Virus record (IMG/VR): IMGVR_UViG_3300027702_000001 | Origin: a virus | Direction: 5' to 3' (one strand) | Length of the DNA stretch: 64,000 nt | Shown: piece by piece, positions 58,084-64,000 of the stretch | Layout: every line of letters starts with the position of its first letter | How positions within the stretch are numbered: position 1 is the stretch's first letter | Made by a program: the position numbers and the translations under genes | The notes under the pieces: generated by a model | Told to the model about the DNA's origin: nothing | The model's input: the letters and a program-made list of their open reading frames with translations, nothing else | The model's database searches: none

Positions 58084-60003
58084 TTAACCTCCACCAGCAG
58101 CACCGCCGCCTCCACCAGCACCACCGCCACCTGCAGCAGCTTGGTTGTACTGATCTGGTAAGAAATCGTTCGCTTCATTCTCGAATCCATTCACTTGGAA
58201 TGATAAATCGGCACTTGATGCATAAACAACAATGTGTGAATTAGGTCCTACCACAATTCCACTATGTTTGTTAGTACCATTGGCACCTAAAGCATAATCA
58301 TAGTAAATGTAGTCTTCAGTTGCAAGGTCAGCAGGTTGTGTAACCGAACTGGCAGTGACTGTACTTCTGTCAGCACCCTGTTCAGGGGGTGTGTCAACGA
58401 AGGTGTCGGCATTTGCAAATGCTGCAGATCCAACTCCAAGAGCAACAGAAAGAACTGGAGCAGTCCAGTCTGTGACCCAACCATACTTACCACCAGTTAC
58501 AGTACCAACAGTAATTGTTGAAGTACCAACCAAGAATGTATCACCAGTTACCCAAGTTCCTGTCACGTCATAGAGAAGAATCTCTGTGTATTGTGGATCT
58601 TGAACAACAGTCAAACTAGCAGAATAAACTGTAGTACCTGCAGTTGAAGGAGCACCCTCAGCATAGTAATACAGTGGGTTTGGTGACTGTGCAGTAGGAA
58701 TAAGATCAATGATCCCGTCCGTTCCAGCAGTACCAGATTTCGTTACACCAGTTGTATATTCTGTACCTGCAACTGGAGTCGCTCCTGTACCCTCTTGTGT
58801 ATCAGAGAATCTAAGAGGAAGTGAAGTGTTTGTTGAGTCTGACTGATCAAATCTGTATGTTCTTTCCACATCCATAGAGAACGTAGAAGGAACAACTTCC
58901 TGACCTGAAACAGTACCCCAAACAAATCCTGTTGTGTAGATAGCACTTGAAGTTGCAGTGAACTGAGTGTCAACAGTAGCAGAAGAACTACCACCTGTAA
59001 CAGTCTCAGCAGAGTCAAACCAGTTGACCATTGCTTGACTACCCTGTGACATAGGTGTAACAGTTGCACCATCAGCGTGTGCAGCATCTGTAGTACCCCA
59101 CTGACCTCTGGTAACTGAAAGATCGTTACCAACTACACCAGTACAAAGCATAATCTCGTTGCCAACACGTAAGTATTGACCAGAGACGATTACAGTACCA
59201 TCAGTAACAGTCAACGTAGTGTCTGCTACTTGGAACTGTGCACCTTCGTTAATAGTTGTAGTGGTTCCTGCATCTTGGAAGAATGAAACCATCTGTCCTG
59301 ATCTGTGTGCAGCAGCAGAGGTACCGAACTGTGCTCTTGTGACAGTTACGTTAGCACCACCAGTTGTGCCACTGTAGAATGTAGGAGTACCAACCAAGAT
59401 AACCTCAGCAGTATATCCTGTAATTCCATCAGATAGTACGAAATATGAACTACCAACAGATGCAGTACCATCACTCATCTTGAGTGTTGTTGCACCTGAA
59501 GCAATGTCTGCAATCTCAATATTCATCGTGGTCCCGATACCACGGAATGTTGCAGATACACCTGAAGTACCACCAGTTACAGTTTCACCGCCCTGAAATG
59601 TTCCTGAGATACCAGTTGCATCAATACCAATAGAAGTATATGTCTTAACCTTCACATAGTTCGTGATAACACTAGTATCAACCACAACGTCCAAGATCGA
59701 TGCTGTTTTAGCAAAGTCAGCAGAACTGATCTGTAAACCAGGGGTTGCATCGGATCTTGAAATCCCAGGTGCTACTCCTAGTTTATATGATGAAACTGGG
59801 TTACCTCTATTAAACTTGTAACTACTCGCGTCTAGAGTAAGTTTCTGAGTGTAATCTTTAAGACCAACTCGATAAGTCGCAGCGGATCCACCTCTTTCCG
59901 TTGCTAGTAATACGGTGGATGCTGTATTCAACTGACTAGTCGAGTACAGCACAGTATTTGTTGTTGCTGCAGGGGCGGATGCAGCGAGTCTACCTGCGCT
60001 CAT
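58084..60003 (-). CDS. Virion structural protein (639 aa)
   Basis: Thr/Gly-rich; VTRAQFGT..AAH and VTRGQWGT..AAH repeats; YRFDQSDSTN..PLRFS...LYYY module. Confidence 0.75.
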   Translation of the reverse strand: MSAGRLAASAPAATTNTVLYSTSQLNTASTVLLATERGGSAATYRVGLKDYTQKLTLDASSYKFNRGNPVSSYKLGVAPGISRSDATPGLQISSADFAKTASILDVVVDTSVITNYVKVKTYTSIGIDATGISGTFQGGETVTGGTSGVSATFRGIGTTMNIEIADIASGATTLKMSDGTASVGSSYFVLSDGITGYTAEVILVGTPTFYSGTTGGANVTVTRAQFGTSAAAHRSGQMVSFFQDAGTTTTINEGAQFQVADTTLTVTDGTVIVSGQYLRVGNEIMLCTGVVGNDLSVTRGQWGTTDAAHADGATVTPMSQGSQAMVNWFDSAETVTGGSSSATVDTQFTATSSAIYTTGFVWGTVSGQEVVPSTFSMDVERTYRFDQSDSTNTSLPLRFSDTQEGTGATPVAGTEYTTGVTKSGTAGTDGIIDLIPTAQSPNPLYYYAEGAPSTAGTTVYSASLTVVQDPQYTEILLYDVTGTWVTGDTFLVGTSTITVGTVTGGKYGWVTDWTAPVLSVALGVGSAAFANADTFVDTPPEQGADRSTVTASSVTQPADLATEDYIYYDYALGANGTNKHSGIVVGPNSHIVVYASSADLSFQVNGFENEANDFLPDQYNQAAAGGGGAGGGGGAAGGG

Positions 60004-60006
60004 TTT

Positions 60007-61332
60007 TTAGAAACCTGAGAAAAAGTGTTGTTGTAATCTTAGTCTGCCACCAAGATCAGGAGCAGAAATTGAACCACCGAAACTAACACCAAGTGTCGTA
60101 ACGTTTTCGGTTGAAAGTAACGTTGCATCAGCATTCGGGAATCTGATAGAACGTGTTCCTTCTACATTATCTAGCACAAAATTGATCTTGTTCTGATCGT
60201 TGTCTCCACTGATTAGTTGAAGACCCACCACAGATTTGTTCTCCATAACCTGTTGTGCTTTCTCAGTAACAACAATGTTGTTAGATGAGATAGGAACATT
60301 CAGATTATTATGTGGGAACGCATAACGTAAAAGAGTTGTTCCAGAAATAGCAGATAGATCGAACTGAATACGTTTAGTAACGTCAGTTGCGTCTGCAAAT
60401 CTAGGATCAGCGTATTCTTTGTTTTTGAATACCTGAGTTGATTCAGTACCTGCAACTGTAAGTGACTGGTCAGGGAAAGTAACAATACGATTAGAAGTTA
60501 CATCACCAGATTGGAATGTGACTTGTGGTGTCGGATTATTAGGATCACCAGACTCAATATTACTAATTGAGGGGTTGATGAAGTTTTTGTTACTGACGTT
60601 CTGTTCAGTAACAGTATCAAGAAGTGTTGACTGTGCAACACCTGCACCATAATCAGGAAGTCTGTAGATATGAGTTCCAGGGGATTCCCAAGAGTCACAC
60701 TCAAATAGCGCGATCTTACTAGTGTCCGATGAACCAGTAACTCTCAAGTCACCATCTTTGATGATGATCGTCTTGTTACTGATAGTCTGTGCTGTATCGT
60801 TACCTAGAAGAGTTGTTGATGTAAAACTACCTGTGCTTGGAAGTGCGAAGGTACGAATACCTGCACCAGTTGAAACACCAGAGATTTCAAATTTTGCTTT
60901 CTTATCTGGGTTCTGGTCATCTGCAATAAGCAGGTTGACGTCTTGGAACTCAGCAGGTCCATTCACTAGGAATCTACCAGATCCCTGTGGACGCATATCG
61001 ATATTAACGTTGGAAGATGTAGTATCTCCAGCGATCATTCGAATCGTAGCAGAACCGTCAGCGTTTGGTTGCTTTCTATAGTACATACTTGATGTACCAA
61101 AAGCAATACCAATCTCATTATATGAATTCTGATATAGTCCTGTGTCCCTGTCCAAATCGAACGCAAGTCCAGGTTGGGACTGACTTCCTGCGGATACACC
61201 TTTGAAAAGTTGATTTATTTTTGCTTTTCTATTCGGTATCAGCGGGTCAGAAATCACAACGGGAAGAATCGCTTCCCCCGTCAAAACGGCATCTGCCAGA
61301 GTTTCTAATTGTGAAATTCTTTTTGTTCCCAC
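60007..61332 (-). CDS. Virion structural/fibre protein (441 aa)
   Basis: KRISQL N-terminus, PGLAFD.D.DTGLY, repeated TxPD..T...QxxxNK units; perfect late promoter upstream. Confidence 0.75.
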   Translation of the reverse strand: MGTKRISQLETLADAVLTGEAILPVVISDPLIPNRKAKINQLFKGVSAGSQSQPGLAFDLDRDTGLYQNSYNEIGIAFGTSSMYYRKQPNADGSATIRMIAGDTTSSNVNIDMRPQGSGRFLVNGPAEFQDVNLLIADDQNPDKKAKFEISGVSTGAGIRTFALPSTGSFTSTTLLGNDTAQTISNKTIIIKDGDLRVTGSSDTSKIALFECDSWESPGTHIYRLPDYGAGVAQSTLLDTVTEQNVSNKNFINPSISNIESGDPNNPTPQVTFQSGDVTSNRIVTFPDQSLTVAGTESTQVFKNKEYADPRFADATDVTKRIQFDLSAISGTTLLRYAFPHNNLNVPISSNNIVVTEKAQQVMENKSVVGLQLISGDNDQNKINFVLDNVEGTRSIRFPNADATLLSTENVTTLGVSFGGSISAPDLGGRLRLQQHFFSGF

Positions 61333-61360
61333 TTAACTCAGGCGCTATTTTATACAATCT

Positions 61361-61368
61361 TATTTATA
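61361..61368 (-). promoter_or_regulatory. T4-type late promoter TATAAATA
   Basis: Perfect match 29 nt upstream of GTG 61332. Confidence 0.8.
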
Positions 61369-61603
61369 CACGTTGCAGGTAGAGGTCTTGAAGTGTCTCC
61401 TTCAGACTACCAATATGCTTGGATCCGATGGAAATTTGAGGGTATGATGCACCCTCTCCAAATTCATTTTCAAACGATCTTTGAGTAAAATGTTCATTGA
61501 GTCTATAAGTTTGAAATTCAAAATCTTGAGATTCAAGGAACTGTTGTGCTCTCTCACACTCTTGTGAACCATTGCTATACAAAACTGCGTTTGGATGACT
61601 CAT
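61364..61603 (-). CDS. Glutaredoxin-like protein (SxxC)
   Basis: VLYS..SQECERA, YPQISIG..HIG thioredoxin-fold pattern; a single Cys. Confidence 0.75.
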   Translation of the reverse strand: MSHPNAVLYSNGSQECERAQQFLESQDFEFQTYRLNEHFTQRSFENEFGEGASYPQISIGSKHIGSLKETLQDLYLQRV

Positions 61604-61634
61604 CTGCCGCCTTTTAAGATATTACTATTTACCC

Positions 61635-61922
61635 TTACAAACCATTCCAGAATGTATCTGATGGTGATTGCATATTTCTTGAAACAATAAACAAAATTAC
61701 ATTACAAGCGAACCACATTAGATTGGTTACCCACGCTTGTCTCCAACAATATTTCCTGTTGGTTTGTACGATATACATATTTCTCTCATTCATTGTTGCG
61801 TCAACAGTTAAAGGTCTGAACTTTAAAATCTGTTCGATTATCAATGAGATAACGAATCCTACTGCAAAGATGTAGAAGAATAAGTTCAGTACACCTGCTG
61901 CGGTGAATAGAAGTGATAGCAT
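61635..61922 (-). CDS. Membrane protein (95 aa, two TM segments)
   Basis: Hydrophobic N-terminal and C-terminal helices; TAATG-coupled. Confidence 0.7.
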   Translation of the reverse strand: MLSLLFTAAGVLNLFFYIFAVGFVISLIIEQILKFRPLTVDATMNERNMYIVQTNRKYCWRQAWVTNLMWFACNVILFIVSRNMQSPSDTFWNGL

Positions 61923-62155
61923 TAGTTGTGTGGTTTGTGGTCTTTGAATTTATCGTGGTTACCGTCCCCAGGCATTTTGCCAAAGGCAACGTATTCAATT
62001 GCTTGAAGAGAACCTTCTAATCTTTTCAGATCATTCTCATTCTTGACATACTCATCATACCATCCTTGTAGTTCATCTTGTCTGGCATTGAGTTGAGCAG
62101 TTCGTTTTGCGAAACGCTGAATGAGTTGGTTGTAGTTTTCAGTTTTTTTAGTCAC
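61922..62155 (-). CDS. Hypothetical coiled-coil protein (77 aa)
   Basis: Start moved to GTG 62155, which overlaps the upstream 3' end. Confidence 0.6.
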   Translation of the reverse strand: MTKKTENYNQLIQRFAKRTAQLNARQDELQGWYDEYVKNENDLKRLEGSLQAIEYVAFGKMPGDGNHDKFKDHKPHN

Positions 62156-62459
62156 GTTGTCTCCAATCGTCAGGTTTATCGTGATGAAACCAATCATTGA
62201 TGTCATCGGCACTGTCGAACCCTGTTCTTGTATCAGATGGGTCGGGTTCGCCTAATCCCATCCTATTCAGAAAATCATCGGTACTGCCTTCTTCGATCCC
62301 TTTGGATGCTCGTCTTGCTTGACGCATCCATTCTCGGGCAGTTGTGTGACTCTTTGATAATTTCTCTGCCCAGATCATATCTGAGATTGATACTTCTTCG
62401 CCTTTAGAGATTTTCTTACAGATCGCCTCAAGTCGAAGTCGGTAAGCAGTAGAGAGCAT
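62148..62459 (-). CDS. Hypothetical protein (103 aa, MLSTAYRLRLE...)
   Basis: CTAAATA box at 62479-62485 upstream; C-terminal HDKPDDWRQRD. Confidence 0.75.
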   Translation of the reverse strand: MLSTAYRLRLEAICKKISKGEEVSISDMIWAEKLSKSHTTAREWMRQARRASKGIEEGSTDDFLNRMGLGEPDPSDTRTGFDSADDINDWFHHDKPDDWRQRD

Positions 62460-62477
62460 TGTTTACGAGCGTTTTGA

Positions 62478-62678
62478 TTATTTAGAACCAAGTATCTCTT
62501 TTAAGGCATCAACCTTCTGGAATTCAGCGTACGCTGACTCTGATCGATCCGAAAGGATACCAAGGATGTCTGCCAGAATGTCATCGTTATCAACGTCATC
62601 GTTGATGTAGGAGTCTAACGCTTCCTGTAAGTAGCGTCTCCTGTTCCATTCTGGGGAATAGGGTTTGTAGTGTGGCAT
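62478..62678 (-). CDS. Hypothetical protein (66 aa)
   Basis: YKPYSPEW.RRRYL motif; co-oriented. Confidence 0.7.
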   Translation of the reverse strand: MPHYKPYSPEWNRRRYLQEALDSYINDDVDNDDILADILGILSDRSESAYAEFQKVDALKEILGSK

Positions 62679-62680
62679 TA

Positions 62681-62938
62681 TTAAAATGGCAATTCCTCTT
62701 CACATCTTACCACATCTGTCAACTCAAAGACAATAGGGTGGCAAGATTCCATAATGAGGTATTGGGAGTGCCTATAAAGTTCCTCCATAGTATAGCACAT
62801 TTTTTCAGAACATTCATCAATCAACTCAGGAGTTGGTCGATCAACTTCATCAAATGTAAAGGGGATACCATTAATGTACCACATCTTGACAATACCTTGT
62901 CCGTGGATAAGTCTAAAATCTGAATTTACCGTGTACAT
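62681..62938 (-). CDS. Hypothetical protein (85 aa)
   Basis: MWYINGIPFTFDE motif; co-oriented. Confidence 0.7.
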   Translation of the reverse strand: MYTVNSDFRLIHGQGIVKMWYINGIPFTFDEVDRPTPELIDECSEKMCYTMEELYRHSQYLIMESCHPIVFELTDVVRCEEELPF

Positions 62939-63360
62939 TTTACAAACTCAAAAGGTCCTTTTTCTGATCCCCATAGGAGAGTTCCTGATTTGTCCCAACC
63001 TTTGTCAGACGTTTCCCAAGAGTCTTTAGTAAGTCTTGCCTTGGTTTCAACTCTCCTACCTTGTTCGTCAATCCTTTCAGATTTACCGACCCAAACACAA
63101 TCTTGGACTTCTGTGAACGTCATATCACTGACGTTGATTCCATCTTTGAAAGTTTGTAGGACAATTTGATCATTATCAACAACAATCTTATGTTCTCTCT
63201 GGCGATATACATCACCATTCCAGTCATACCATTGTTTAGTTTTCAATACGTCATCTTCATAGTACCACTCGTAATGTACATAAGCAAATGATGTCGGGTT
63301 GAGTTGACATTGCTTGATGTTATGCCAGTGGTGGACTAAGTGATCAAGAAACTTCTCCAT
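62926..63360 (-). CDS. cpeT: CpeT/CpcT-like (T-type) phycobilin lyase, copy 1
   Basis: HWHNIKQCQLNPTSFAYVHYEW, QWYDW...YRQR, W..SDKGWD..G.LLWGSEKGPFEF: the T-type lyase pattern (W.N..QA..NP..FA.V...W; YRxR; D.G.D....WGS..GPF.F). Confidence 0.75.
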   Translation of the reverse strand: MEKFLDHLVHHWHNIKQCQLNPTSFAYVHYEWYYEDDVLKTKQWYDWNGDVYRQREHKIVVDNDQIVLQTFKDGINVSDMTFTEVQDCVWVGKSERIDEQGRRVETKARLTKDSWETSDKGWDKSGTLLWGSEKGPFEFVKCTR

Positions 63361-63364
63361 AGAT

Positions 63365-63802
63365 CTAATCTATATATTTTCTTTTGAAAATGAATGGTCC
63401 TGGGGTTTTACCCCACGTCATACCTTTGTCAATAGATGTAAATTCTTCAGCAGTTACAGTAACGTAAGAATATACGTCTTCACCTCTGCTGTTCTTAGCA
63501 TCCTGTTCGGTTCTGCCGCAATAACCACCCTCTCCTACTTTAGTGAAGAGCATACTAGGTTCTTGAGTGCCATCTTTGCGAAAGGTCTGCAACTCAAGAT
63601 GATTACCTTTATCCAAGAGTTTGTGATTACGCTCTCGGTACATCTCTCCATTCCAGTCATACCACTGTGCAGAATGAATCTCCCCCTCTTCTTCCCAGAA
63701 CTGATAGTGAACGTGGGAGAAATGAGAAGGAGAATTTTGTGCCTGTTGTTTGTTTTCCCAAGGGTGAAACAACAATGACTTTAACTCTTCAATCTGGGTC
63801 AC
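63365..63802 (-). CDS. cpeT: CpeT/CpcT-like (T-type) phycobilin lyase, copy 2
   Basis: PWENKQQAQNSPSHFSHVHYQF, QWYDWNGEMYRER, SIDKGMTWGKTPGPFIFKR; clearly paralogous to copy 1. Confidence 0.7.
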   Translation of the reverse strand: MTQIEELKSLLFHPWENKQQAQNSPSHFSHVHYQFWEEEGEIHSAQWYDWNGEMYRERNHKLLDKGNHLELQTFRKDGTQEPSMLFTKVGEGGYCGRTEQDAKNSRGEDVYSYVTVTAEEFTSIDKGMTWGKTPGPFIFKRKYID

Positions 63803-64000
63803 AGCATCTTATGAGCGGCAGCAGTCTCCTGTGCAACGTGTACACCGAGTTCGCCTTCGCTAGGTAGGTTGTCCAGATTAGGTAGTTCTTCTTCATTAAG
63901 AAGTGAATCTACTTCAGAACCAATATTACGTCCTGGGGCAACTTGTGTCATAACAACATTGCCTTTAGGTGCTTCGATGAGAACATTCTCACCGCGTTCA
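63799..64000 (-). CDS. C-terminal part of a hypothetical protein (runs off right edge)
   Basis: Hand-translated ERGENVLIEAPKGNVVMTQVAPG...QETAAAHKML*; GTGA overlap with cpeT copy 2. Confidence 0.6.
   Translation of the reverse strand, partial: ERGENVLIEAPKGNVVMTQVAPGRNIGSEVDSLLNEEELPNLDNLPSEGELGVHVAQETAAAHKML

Noticed and set aside
148-63867. All plus-strand ORFs and short nested minus-strand ORFs in the track
   Set aside because: They are shadows of long minus-strand genes, lack motifs and RBS, and show composition expected from antisense or alternative frames.
1-64000. tRNA, rRNA, group I intron, reverse transcriptase (retron/DGR), integrase or transposase
   Set aside because: No cloverleaf with T-loop, no interrupted ORFs and no YxDD or recombinase motifs recognised by eye; a tRNAscan/Infernal run would be decisive.

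Overview
64 kb of a T4-like marine cyanophage (cyanomyovirus) genome. Essentially all real genes lie on the minus strand. In transcription order (right to left) there are five blocks. (1) 64.0-61.3 kb: two tandem CpeT/CpcT-like phycobilin lyase genes, a glutaredoxin-like gene and small conserved ORFs. (2) 61.3-50.7 kb: late tail-fibre/virion genes with TA(T)AAATA late promoters, ending in two glycine-rich fibre-tip-like proteins. (3) 50.7-42.3 kb: two flavin-dependent halogenases and five 2OG-Fe(II) oxygenases. (4) 42.3-32.9 kb: an early region of many tiny ORFs punctuated by 11 copies of a 22-bp palindrome placed 30-32 bp upstream of a -10 box. It includes an SF2 helicase, an orphan PvuII-like endonuclease and a candidate structured RNA. 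(5) 32.9-0 kb: HNH endonucleases, two more oxygenases, NlpC/P60, PAAR, gp25, gp6, a 6937-aa gp7-like baseplate protein and the start of a YHYH protein. The most striking observation is that the giant baseplate protein contains repeats resembling phycobiliprotein (globin-fold) segments, with Cys at both the C84-like and beta-C155-like bilin attachment positions, in a genome that encodes two T-type lyases. This suggests bilin-decorated virions, which is inference only. All family assignments come from motifs read by eye; no database searches were run.
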